Shown: positions 9,559-18,392 of the stretch, piece after piece
Position numbering within the stretch: position 1 is the first letter of the stretch
Layout of the letters: the number at the start of each line of letters is the position of its first letter
Source of the DNA: Candidatus Saccharimonadota bacterium
Lineage (GTDB): Bacteria > Patescibacteriota > Saccharimonadia > Saccharimonadales > UBA10212
NCBI GenBank assembly: GCA_025934715.1
Contig: JAICWR010000004.1
Span: 1 to 36,430 of the forward strand
DNA: 36,430 bases
Reading direction: 5' to 3'
Made by a program: the position numbers and the translations under genes
The notes under the pieces: generated by a model
What the model saw: the letters and a program-made list of their open reading frames with translations, nothing else
Databases searched by the model: none
Told to the model about the DNA's origin: nothing

Positions 9559-11421
9559 ATGACGGCTGAGGAAATTCGAAAAAAATATCTAGAGTTTTTT
9601 GAAAAGAAAGGGCACAAGGCTATCCCACGGGCGCTACTGGTGCCGCAGGACGACCCAACGACCCTTTTCACTGGCAGCGGCATGCAGCCGCTGATCCCTT
9701 ATTTGCTTGGACAAGCGCACCCTGAGGGCGCCCGTCTGGTCGACAGCCAAACCTGCTTTAGGGCCGAGGACATGGACGAGGTCGGCGACAACCGCCACAC
9801 CACTTTTTTTGAGATGCTCGGCAACTGGAGCCTGGGCGATTACTTCAAACAAGACCAGCTGACATGGTTCTGGCAGTTTTTGGCTGAAGAACTAAAGCTG
9901 CCCAAAGACAAACTCTGGGTAAGCTGTTTTGAAGGCGACGAGAAAGCAGGCGTGCCAAAAGACATCGAATCGGCGGATATCTGGAAGAGCCTGGGAGTGC
10001 CGGAAGAGCGCATCGTTTTTTACGGCGCTGAGCATAACTGGTGGAGCCGTGAAGGCCTGCCCGAGCATATGCGCGACGGCGAACCAGGCGGCCCCGACAG
10101 CGAAGTCTATTATGAATTTACTCAAGTCGAACACGACAAAAAATACGGCGAAAAGTGCCACCCCGCTTGCGAGTGCGGCCGGTTTTTGGAAATCGGCAAC
10201 AGCGTGTTTATGACTTACCGAAAAATCGGTGGTAAGTTCGAGGATTTGCCTAAACCGAACGTAGACTTTGGTGGCGGCCTGGAGCGCATTGCTGCGGCGG
10301 TTAATAATGACCCGGATATCTTCAAAATCAGCCTTATAAAACCAATGGTTGACGAGTTGGAAAAATTATCCGGCAAGGGCTATAGCCAGCACCAGACCAG
10401 CATGCGGGTCATAGCGGACCACCTGCGGGCGGCGACCTGGCTGGCGGTCGACGGAGTGGCGCCAAGCAACAAACAGCAGGGCTATGTGATGCGCCGGCTG
10501 CTTAGGCGGGCGATAAGATATGCCTTTGATCTTGGCATAGAGCAGGATTTATGCGACAAAATCGCGCCTACGGTGATAAATCTGTATAAAAATGACTTCC
10601 CCGAGATTGCCGAACGCGAAAAAGAAGTACTAGAAATATTTGGCCGCGAAGAGCGGATATTCCGTCAAACTTTGCGGAGAGGGCTTCAGGAGTTTGATAA
10701 GATCTTGGGAGTGAAATCCACAGGGCTTTTCGATACGGGCACAACACCGCCTCCCATGCGATCCATAATGTATGGTCCTGATATCTTCAAACTTTACGAT
10801 ACATATGGTTTTCCGGTAGAGCTTACTGTTGAAGAAGCGCATAGACGAGGAATAGAACTTGCTGGCGGTTGGCGCAGTGAGTTTGATCACTTAATGTTCG
10901 AGCAACGGCAGCGCAGCCAGACGGCCAGTGCCGGGATGTTCAAAGGCGGCTTGGCTGACCATTCACCAGAGGTAGTTAAGCTGCACACCACAACCCATTT
11001 AATGTACCAGGCGCTGAAAAATGTACTTGGAGATCACGCCGTACAGCGCGGCAGTAACATCACGGCCGAGCGGACCAGATTTGACTTTAGCCATCCTGAA
11101 AAAGTCACCCGCGAACAGCTGGACGAAGTCGAGAAAATCGTGAATCAAAAAATCGACGAAGATTTGCCGGTCACTTGGAAAGAAGAGAAAACCGACGAAG
11201 CCTTTAAAAAAGGCGCCAGCGGCGCCTTTGGCGATAAATACGGTGCCACCGTTAAAGTCTATACTATCGGCGAGCCGGGACACCCCTTCAGCCGCGAAAT
11301 CTGCGGCGGCCCGCACGTGGAGAATACTGGAGCTATCGGTGAAGGCGGTAAAAAGTTCAAAATCACCAAAGAAGAAGCCAGCTCCGCCGGCGTCCGCCGC
11401 ATCAAAGCTGTCCTCGAATAA
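9559..11421 (+). CDS. alaS: Alanine--tRNA ligase (short form, about 620 aa)
   Basis: DPTTLFTGSGMQP, HTTFFEMLGNWSLGDYFK, IADHLRA, LYDTYGFP, editing motifs HTTTH and EICGGPH, ending GVRRIKA. Start placed at ATG 9559 (MTAEEIRKKYLEFF), 7 nt after TGTTACAAT. Confidence 0.96.
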   Translation: MTAEEIRKKYLEFFEKKGHKAIPRALLVPQDDPTTLFTGSGMQPLIPYLLGQAHPEGARLVDSQTCFRAEDMDEVGDNRHTTFFEMLGNWSLGDYFKQDQLTWFWQFLAEELKLPKDKLWVSCFEGDEKAGVPKDIESADIWKSLGVPEERIVFYGAEHNWWSREGLPEHMRDGEPGGPDSEVYYEFTQVEHDKKYGEKCHPACECGRFLEIGNSVFMTYRKIGGKFEDLPKPNVDFGGGLERIAAAVNNDPDIFKISLIKPMVDELEKLSGKGYSQHQTSMRVIADHLRAATWLAVDGVAPSNKQQGYVMRRLLRRAIRYAFDLGIEQDLCDKIAPTVINLYKNDFPEIAEREKEVLEIFGREERIFRQTLRRGLQEFDKILGVKSTGLFDTGTTPPPMRSIMYGPDIFKLYDTYGFPVELTVEEAHRRGIELAGGWRSEFDHLMFEQRQRSQTASAGMFKGGLADHSPEVVKLHTTTHLMYQALKNVLGDHAVQRGSNITAERTRFDFSHPEKVTREQLDEVEKIVNQKIDEDLPVTWKEEKTDEAFKKGASGAFGDKYGATVKVYTIGEPGHPFSREICGGPHVENTGAIGEGGKKFKITKEEASSAGVRRIKAVLE

Positions 11422-11504
11422 ACTGAGCCCCAAACACCTTCCTCAAAACGCTTCACTTCTTAGGTTAAAAGTGGTAATGTTAAGGTGTTCCTAACAAAAC
11501 AAAA

Positions 11505-12524
11505 ATGGCACGGCCAAAAACTAAAAAGCGCCCGCCCAGAAAAACACCCAGGCGTAAAATCAGCTTAATGCTGGCGAATCCGCTGGCGGTCTTTTTATTG
11601 TTGTGCGTCGGCGTTTTTCTATCGGGCTGGACGCTCAAGGCCAAGGGGGCGGATATACGGGTCACGGCCGCAGTCCATGGCCCGGCAGTGACTTCGCCGG
11701 CGGTTATCATGGCTCCGGCTAACAGGCAGCACTTCAAATCAATTCCTATAACCGTGAGCGGCAGTTGCCCGGTTAATGCCGCCTATGTGGAGATATTCCG
11801 CAATGACGTGATGGGCGGCTCGGCGCTTTGCGACGGCAGTGGCGACTTTCAGCTGTCGGTCAGCTTATTTTCTGGCCGGAATGATTTAGCGGCCCATGTC
11901 TTTAACGTCACGGATGACGAAGGCCCGGTTTCACCAACCGTGACAGTTTATTATGACGCGCCAAATCCGCCGCCTCCCGCAAGCCACCAGCCTAACTCAG
12001 GATCCAGCTCCGGTTCATCCGGCGCCGGGTCGAACACGGCTGTGGCCCCGCTATCGCTAACAACCGCGTTCCTATACAAGGGATATTACATTGGGCAGAA
12101 GGTGGTTTGGCCTTTGCGTATCGGTGGCGGAACACCGCCTTATGCCCTAAATGTTAACTGGGGAGACGGCCAAAGCGATGTCATCAGCCGCGGCGTGGCT
12201 GGAGATTTCAATATCAGCCACACCTATTCTGCGCGCGGGGGCTATAAAAACAGTTACACGATTAAAGTTAATGCCGCCGATAGCGCTGGCCAAAAAGCCT
12301 TCCTGCAGTTCTTCGTCATTGTCAACAGTCAAACCGCCGTTGGTCCTGTAGGCGGTATATTTTCCAAGCCGCCGCCTAGCTTACCAGGCAGCCATAGATG
12401 GCTGTGGCTGGCTTGGCCCGCCTATACGGTCGTGCTCATCATGTTCGTGAGCTATTGGCTGGGCGAGCGTGAAGAGCTGATAAAATTGCGCAAAAAAGGC
12501 CTCTTAAAGACCAGGCGGACGTGA
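11505..12524 (+). CDS. Ig-like + PKD domain surface protein (paralogue of 7564..8448)
   Basis: Shares PITVSG.CP, VEI..N.V..GSA.C, LF.GRNDL, PYA..V.WGD and AFLQ with 7564..8448; N- and C-terminal TM segments. Confidence 0.78.
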   Translation: MARPKTKKRPPRKTPRRKISLMLANPLAVFLLLCVGVFLSGWTLKAKGADIRVTAAVHGPAVTSPAVIMAPANRQHFKSIPITVSGSCPVNAAYVEIFRNDVMGGSALCDGSGDFQLSVSLFSGRNDLAAHVFNVTDDEGPVSPTVTVYYDAPNPPPPASHQPNSGSSSGSSGAGSNTAVAPLSLTTAFLYKGYYIGQKVVWPLRIGGGTPPYALNVNWGDGQSDVISRGVAGDFNISHTYSARGGYKNSYTIKVNAADSAGQKAFLQFFVIVNSQTAVGPVGGIFSKPPPSLPGSHRWLWLAWPAYTVVLIMFVSYWLGEREELIKLRKKGLLKTRRT

Positions 12525-12542
12525 GTTGCTTAGGTGTTGGCG

Positions 12543-12551
12543 TGCTATAAT
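12543..12551 (+). promoter_or_regulatory. Extended -10 promoter element of the FtsA-like operon
   Basis: TGCTATAAT ends 12 nt before the ATG at 12564. Confidence 0.6.
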
Positions 12552-12563
12552 TTAACCTGAATC

Positions 12564-13883
12564 ATGGCTATGCTTAACAGGGCCAAGGATCTTGGCCATT
12601 CCCTTAAGAACAAAATTCCTAAAGAACCAACCACCAGGCTGCGCGGGGAGCCGGAAGGCGAATATATGGTGGCGCTGGATGTCGGCACCGAGTTCGTAAA
12701 AGCTTTAATCGGCCGGGTGACCGGCGATGAAGTGGAGATTATTGGCGTGGGCCGGGCCCATCAGGAGCTGGCCGATATGCAAGCCGGCGCCATCGCCGAC
12801 ATCGCCGCCGTGGTGGCTAATTGCGACAAGGCGTTAGCAGCGGCCGAACAACAAGCCGGCGTCAGCGCGCGGACCGCCATGGTCGGCATCGCCGGTGAAT
12901 TGGTCAAAGGCACCACCAGCACCGTCCGCTTCACTCGCAAGAACCCTTCAAAAGAACTTAGCATTGATGAAATGGCCCGAATCATCGAACTGGTGCAGGA
13001 ACGGGCCGAAGCCAAAGCCAGACAGGAGCTGGCCTGGGAGCTCGGCGGCAAAGATGTCGAGGTCCGGCTGGTCAACAGCGCCCTGGTGCGCATCGATATT
13101 GACGGTTATAAAGTCACCAACCCTGTGGGGTTCCAGGGACGGGATATTTTAGTGGAGATGTACACGGCTTTTGCCCCCATGATCCATATCGGGGCGCTGG
13201 AACGCACCGCGGCCGAGCTCGATTTGGAGTTACTCGCAGTGGCTGCCGAACCCTTTGCTGTAGCCCGCAGCGTAGTCGGCGATGACCCTAATGCCAGCGT
13301 CAGCGCCATATTAATGGATGTCGGCGGCGGCACATCGGACATTGCTGTGGTTAATGAAGGCGGCGTGGAAGGGACCAAAATGTTCGGCATTGGCGGCCGG
13401 GCTTTCACCCATGCCATTGAGCGCGATTTGGACATTGATTTCGTCAAGGCCGAAGCCCTTAAGCTCAGCCTGTCGTCAACCCACGAGACCGCCCATAAAG
13501 AGACGGTCGAAAAAGCCCTGCATAAAACCCTGAACGTCTGGATCAATGGCGTCGAACTGGCGTTAAGCGAGTTCACCAAACTGGACCATCTGCCGCACCG
13601 GATACTGCTTTGCGGTGGCGGCTCCAGCCTTAAAATGCTGATAGATAAGCTTGAAAGTTCAGAGTGGCATAAAGCCCTGCCTTTCACCCGAAAGCCCATG
13701 GTCCACCATATTAATCCGCACGACGTCGTGGGTATAACTGATTCAACCGGCAGCATCACCGACCACACCTTTGTGACAGCCATGGGCCTGCTACGGGTTG
13801 GTCTCGACACCCTCAATTCAGCCATCGCTGAAGAAGGAGAGAGCACCATAAAAGGCCGTTTGAACAGAATGCTTAGGGTATGA
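12564..13883 (+). CDS. FtsA-like actin-family ATPase
   Basis: ALDVGTEFVK, AAEPFA, LMDVGGGTSD, GIGGRAFT, LCGGGS. No ftsZ is present in the window, so orthology to FtsA is uncertain. Confidence 0.8.
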   Translation: MAMLNRAKDLGHSLKNKIPKEPTTRLRGEPEGEYMVALDVGTEFVKALIGRVTGDEVEIIGVGRAHQELADMQAGAIADIAAVVANCDKALAAAEQQAGVSARTAMVGIAGELVKGTTSTVRFTRKNPSKELSIDEMARIIELVQERAEAKARQELAWELGGKDVEVRLVNSALVRIDIDGYKVTNPVGFQGRDILVEMYTAFAPMIHIGALERTAAELDLELLAVAAEPFAVARSVVGDDPNASVSAILMDVGGGTSDIAVVNEGGVEGTKMFGIGGRAFTHAIERDLDIDFVKAEALKLSLSSTHETAHKETVEKALHKTLNVWINGVELALSEFTKLDHLPHRILLCGGGSSLKMLIDKLESSEWHKALPFTRKPMVHHINPHDVVGITDSTGSITDHTFVTAMGLLRVGLDTLNSAIAEEGESTIKGRLNRMLRV

Positions 13884-15634
13884 GCGCTAAAATTCCACCA
13901 AAACCGGGCAAGCCGACCAAAGACGTTATTTACGTAGATGTTGATGATGAAATAACCGGCATCATTGATAAGGTCGAAAATTCAGCGCACAAAGTGGTGG
14001 CGCTGGTGCTGCCTAAACGGGCGGCCAGCTTACAGAGCATCGTTAACATGAAGCTTCTTAAGCGCAGCGCTGATGGGGCCGATAAAAACGTGGTTTTGAT
14101 AACCAGCGAGCATGCTTTGTTGCCGCTAGCCGGCGCCGCTGGCTTGCATGTGGCCCGTAACCTCCAAAGCACTCCAGAAATCCCCGATGCGCCGACCGCG
14201 GCTGCAACCGATAAAACTGGCGGGGAATTACCGCCAGAAGCGGTGCCTGGCGAAGAGGCCGCTGAAGACCTCCCCCAAAAATTTGACTATAGCCGGCCGA
14301 TCGGCGCGCTGGCAGCCAAGCACGACGCTGAGAACCCCGAAACGATTGATCTGGATGATGAGGATGAAAAACCGGAGGCCTTGGCCGGGGCGGCAGCCAT
14401 AGCGTCTAAGAAGAAACCAAAGGTCGAAAGGCCTAAAATACCTAACTTCGACCGGTTCAGGATGTTAATTGGCCTCGGGGGCCTGGCGCTGCTCGCCCTG
14501 ATAATTTTTATAATCCTGGCGCTTTTTGTGCTGCCAAAAGCCACAATTAGCATCACCACCACAAGTGAACCCGTTTCGGCCAGCTTTAACCTCAACGCTT
14601 CGCCCGGCGCCCCAGCCGACCCGGCCTCCGGCACTATTCCATCCAAGATCGAAAGTTCTGACTTAACTGGCACCCAGTCTGTGACTGCCACTGGCCAGCA
14701 GAACAAAGGGAATACAGCCACCGGCAGCATATCCATGACGGCCCAAAAATGCTCTGGCAATCTATTCACTCCGCCCAGCGACGTCCCGGCCGGAACCGGT
14801 GTAAGTTCAGGCGGCGCATCATTCATAACACAGGACGACACCTCCTTTCATGGGGTGAGTACGAATGGTAGTTGCGCGACTTATGCCTCAGATAACAACA
14901 CGGACATCACCGCTAATGCCCCCGGATCAAAATTTAATCTCAATAACGCCAACTTCACAGTTTCCGGCCGATCAGACGTGAGCGGGTCCGGTTCGGCCTC
15001 AGGCGGTTCGGATAACATTGTCACTGTGCTTAGCCAAAGCGATGTTGACGGCGCCAAGCAGAAACTGACCAGCGGGACCAAGTCTGATGACTTCGTTAAA
15101 TCGTTTGAAGATAAACTAGCCAGCCAAGGCGAATATGTGCTGACCTCAACGCTTAAAGCCGGCAGCCCGCAAATCACTGCATCGCCTTCTGTCGGCCAGC
15201 CAGCCAGCTCGGCTAACGTCGATATCAAAATCACCTATACTGTCATCGCCCTCCAAAAGTCCGACTTAAGCAAAATAATCGAGGCTAAATTATCCGGACA
15301 GATTGATAAAAAGAAGCAGAAACTCAACGGAAACTTTTTGGGCGACGCCACCATTAACGTATCAAGCCAGGATGCTAAAGGCGACGCTCTGCTTGATGTG
15401 AATATTCAAACCACAGCCATACCGATTATCAATGTAGGCGATGTTAAAAACGTCGCCAAGGGCCACAAAACCGGCGATATCCAGTCAGCCATTGGCAATT
15501 GGGCCGGCGTTAAAAACGTTGATGTCAAGCTAAGCCCGTTCTGGGTCAGCAAGGTGCCTAGCAAAGACAGTAAAATCACAGTTACTTTCCACCAGGTTAA
15601 ATCAGATAGCAGTAAAAACAGCAGTGCCCCCTGA
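13880..15634 (+). CDS. Bitopic membrane protein with baseplate-J-like extracellular region
   Basis: N-terminal alpha/beta domain, acidic linker, TM helix, then an ATGSI...VPAGT...FIT...A..PGSKFN...GGSD pattern resembling baseplate J. ATGA overlap with the upstream gene. Confidence 0.65.
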   Translation: MSAKIPPKPGKPTKDVIYVDVDDEITGIIDKVENSAHKVVALVLPKRAASLQSIVNMKLLKRSADGADKNVVLITSEHALLPLAGAAGLHVARNLQSTPEIPDAPTAAATDKTGGELPPEAVPGEEAAEDLPQKFDYSRPIGALAAKHDAENPETIDLDDEDEKPEALAGAAAIASKKKPKVERPKIPNFDRFRMLIGLGGLALLALIIFIILALFVLPKATISITTTSEPVSASFNLNASPGAPADPASGTIPSKIESSDLTGTQSVTATGQQNKGNTATGSISMTAQKCSGNLFTPPSDVPAGTGVSSGGASFITQDDTSFHGVSTNGSCATYASDNNTDITANAPGSKFNLNNANFTVSGRSDVSGSGSASGGSDNIVTVLSQSDVDGAKQKLTSGTKSDDFVKSFEDKLASQGEYVLTSTLKAGSPQITASPSVGQPASSANVDIKITYTVIALQKSDLSKIIEAKLSGQIDKKKQKLNGNFLGDATINVSSQDAKGDALLDVNIQTTAIPIINVGDVKNVAKGHKTGDIQSAIGNWAGVKNVDVKLSPFWVSKVPSKDSKITVTFHQVKSDSSKNSSAP

Positions 15635-16049
15635 TAGCGAGGAATACCTAGGGGTGGACGCCGGAGCGGCTAAAGTTGGTATCGCCAGGGGTTCAACCGG
15701 CGCCCGTTTGGCTGAACCATTGTTGAGCGTCGAAACTAAGGAAGCGGCCGAGACACTCGCCTCCATAGCTGAAGAAAATCAGGCGGCCGGCATTGTGATT
15801 GGTCTGCCGCGGGGGCTGGACGGACAAGAAACCGCTCAAACCCAGGCAGTTAAAAACTGGGTGGTTGGAATTAAGGAGAAAATTAAACTGCCGCTATATT
15901 GGCAGGACGAGGCGGCGACCAGCCTAGCAGCAGGCGAACTTCAAACCTCAAATTTCAAACATCAAGCTTCTGATGAGCACGCAGTGGCGGCGGCGATTAT
16001 ACTGCAAGATTTCCTGGACACTCCTAAGCAGAGTAGAGTAGTCGTATGA
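15624..16049 (+). CDS. ruvX: YqgF/RuvX family nuclease
   Basis: YLGVDAG..KVGIA, IVIGLP, QDEAATS, AAAIILQDFL. Confidence 0.88.
   Translation: MPPDSEEYLGVDAGAAKVGIARGSTGARLAEPLLSVETKEAAETLASIAEENQAAGIVIGLPRGLDGQETAQTQAVKNWVVGIKEKIKLPLYWQDEAATSLAAGELQTSNFKHQASDEHAVAAAIILQDFLDTPKQSRVVV
15940..15967 (+). repeat. Four degenerate 7-bp tandem units inside ruvX
   Basis: TTCAAAC CTCAAAT TTCAAAC ATCAAGC. Confidence 0.55.
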
Positions 16050-17107
16050 GGAGGTTCCTTCGAGGCCGAAATTATAAGATGGCCGGCAGCCGCTCGCGCT
16101 GGAGGTGGCTATGGATGGGCCTTGGAGCTTTGCTTTTGGCGATTATCGTCGCCGGCGTGTCCTTGTATGTGTGGTACAGCCGGAGCCTGGCGCCGGTTTC
16201 CAGCTCAAAAACCACCCAGCTCTTTGCGGTCAGCGAAGGCACGAGTGTTCATCAGGTCGCAGACGGACTTAAGTCGCTAGATCTTATTCGCAGCCAGAGC
16301 GCCTTCATAATTTACATTGACCTGCACGGCTACCGCGATAAACTCCAAGCCGGCACCTACAAACTCAGCCCTTCGCTATCAGCCCGGGTCATCGCTGGCA
16401 TGATGGCTGGCGGCCAGATTGATAAAAACTGGATAACCATCCTTCCCGGTAAACGGCTGGGCGAGATCAAGCAGGCCTTTAAGCAGGTGGGATATAGCGA
16501 TTCCGAAATAGATGCCGCCTTTACCCCGTCCGTATATAAGGACGAGCCTCTGATCGCTGAGTTGCCGGCCGGCGCCAGCTTAGAAGGGCTGCTTTACCCC
16601 GATTCTTTCCAGCGTGCGGACACCACTCCCGCCAGCACGATTGTCCGCGAAAGCATCGAGGAAATGCAGTCTAAGCTAGCGCCGGATATTATTAACGGCT
16701 TCAAACAACACGGTCTGACAACCTACCAAGGCATAACGCTGGCCTCTATCGTCTACCAGGAATCCGGCAGCTCCGCCATAGAACCCAAAGTGGCCCAGGT
16801 TTTCCTACTGCGCCTTAAAGACGGCATGCGCCTGCAGTCTAACGTGACCGCTGATTACGCCGCTGATATCGCCGGCTTGCCGCGCAATGTGAATATAGAC
16901 TCACCCTACAACACCTATCTTCATGACGGGTTACCGCCCGGGCCAATAAGCAATATGTCAGTTGATGCTCTAGAAGCTGTCGCCCACCCGGCACCAACCG
17001 ATTATCTGTTTTTTGTGGTGGGCCAAGACTGCACCGTCCACTTTTCACACACCCAGGCTGAACACGACGCCGCCATCCAGAAGTACGGATTGGGGTGCAG
17101 CCAATAG
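16046..17107 (+). CDS. mltG: Endolytic transglycosylase MltG
   Basis: N-terminal TM helix, LQAGTY, LEGLLYPD, LASIVYQE, SPYNTY, GLPPGPI, YLFFV. Confidence 0.92.
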   Translation: MRRFLRGRNYKMAGSRSRWRWLWMGLGALLLAIIVAGVSLYVWYSRSLAPVSSSKTTQLFAVSEGTSVHQVADGLKSLDLIRSQSAFIIYIDLHGYRDKLQAGTYKLSPSLSARVIAGMMAGGQIDKNWITILPGKRLGEIKQAFKQVGYSDSEIDAAFTPSVYKDEPLIAELPAGASLEGLLYPDSFQRADTTPASTIVRESIEEMQSKLAPDIINGFKQHGLTTYQGITLASIVYQESGSSAIEPKVAQVFLLRLKDGMRLQSNVTADYAADIAGLPRNVNIDSPYNTYLHDGLPPGPISNMSVDALEAVAHPAPTDYLFFVVGQDCTVHFSHTQAEHDAAIQKYGLGCSQ

Positions 17108-17226
17108 TTGTCAAGTGTCCGCTAACAGATAAGGAAAGCCCCTGGGTGCGATGCTTTTTGGTATAATTAGACCCGTGCAAAGGAGGTCTTTGGCCCCTTT
17201 GCCTGTTTCTTTCCAAGGAGTTCGAC

Positions 17227-18360
17227 ATTCAGCGATTATTTAGAGTGATACGTGAAAATAAAACCTCGCCTTCAGAGGCTTTGCTGGCGTTGGCCTATCC
17301 TTCAGGCCGGCACACTAAAAAAGCCCGGAAACGCCTGTTGCGGATGGGCCTGATAGGTGGGAACCTTCTGCTTCTACTGGTAGTAGGGATATTCATAATC
17401 ACAAACCGCTCGGCCAGCCAAACCGTGCGCGCCAGCACTCTCAGCGGTGCCACCGCCACCGCCGCCTCAGCCTTGAACCCAGTGGATACCTTATCATCGG
17501 CCGAAATCGCGCTGACGGCCGCCCAGTTAACGGACTTGCCGGAGCTTACCGCCATCCATAACCAGGCGGACTCCGATAGCCTCACCCTTGCAGTCGTTCC
17601 CAATGACTCAAGTTCATTAGCCAAACCTCAGATTATTTCCGCCAGCGGTAAGTCTCGGGCAGACATTATCCACTACACGACCCACCCGGGAGACACGGTC
17701 GATTTTCTCAGCAAGAAATTCGGTGTCAGCCAGGACAGTATCAAGTGGTCCAACAATATTAGTAGCAACTCCTTAACAGCCAACCTTAATCTTGTCATCC
17801 CTCCGTTCAATGGCATAGTCTACACTGTTAAAAGCGGGGACACGCCGACTAGCTTGGCGGCTAGGTTCTCGGCCGATGAAAGCCAGCTTATAAGTGTGAA
17901 TGACGCCGAAATCAACGGATTAAAACCAGGCGAGCAGATCGTGATACCAAACGGCAAGATCGCGCCGGCAGTTTTGTCTTACGGTTCATACAGTTCGTAC
18001 TCTGTAGGATCCTTTGCCGCCAGTTACGGAGGGAACGGATACGATTTTGGCAACTGCACTTGGTATGTGGCCAACAAGGTGGCGGTACCTACTAACTGGG
18101 GCAACGCCAACACCTGGGATGATTACGCCCGGCTTAGCGGTTGGACAGTTACAAGCACACCGCCAATACCTTGGCGGCCAGGCATCATTGCTCAAACCGA
18201 CGGAATGAGCTATCTGGGGCATGTGGCCTACGTGGAGGCGGTTTCTCCTGACGGATCACAAATTAAGTACTCCGACATGAATGGCATCGCCGGGTTCGAC
18301 GCAATTGGCTATAGCGGCTGGGTCCCGACCAGCACTTTTGAACACTACATCTACCACTAG
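17227..18360 (+). CDS. LysM x2 + CHAP peptidoglycan hydrolase
   Basis: TM helix, two LysM repeats (YTTHPGDT, YTVKSGDT) and CHAP motifs GNCTWYV, WGNANTW, GHVAYVE, DMN. Start is either in-frame ATT 17227 (SD AAGGAG at 17215-17220) or GTG 17245. Confidence 0.88.
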   Translation: MQRLFRVIRENKTSPSEALLALAYPSGRHTKKARKRLLRMGLIGGNLLLLLVVGIFIITNRSASQTVRASTLSGATATAASALNPVDTLSSAEIALTAAQLTDLPELTAIHNQADSDSLTLAVVPNDSSSLAKPQIISASGKSRADIIHYTTHPGDTVDFLSKKFGVSQDSIKWSNNISSNSLTANLNLVIPPFNGIVYTVKSGDTPTSLAARFSADESQLISVNDAEINGLKPGEQIVIPNGKIAPAVLSYGSYSSYSVGSFAASYGGNGYDFGNCTWYVANKVAVPTNWGNANTWDDYARLSGWTVTSTPPIPWRPGIIAQTDGMSYLGHVAYVEAVSPDGSQIKYSDMNGIAGFDAIGYSGWVPTSTFEHYIYH

Positions 18361-18392
18361 ACCCTATCTTTTAAACCCTATAACCTATAGAC

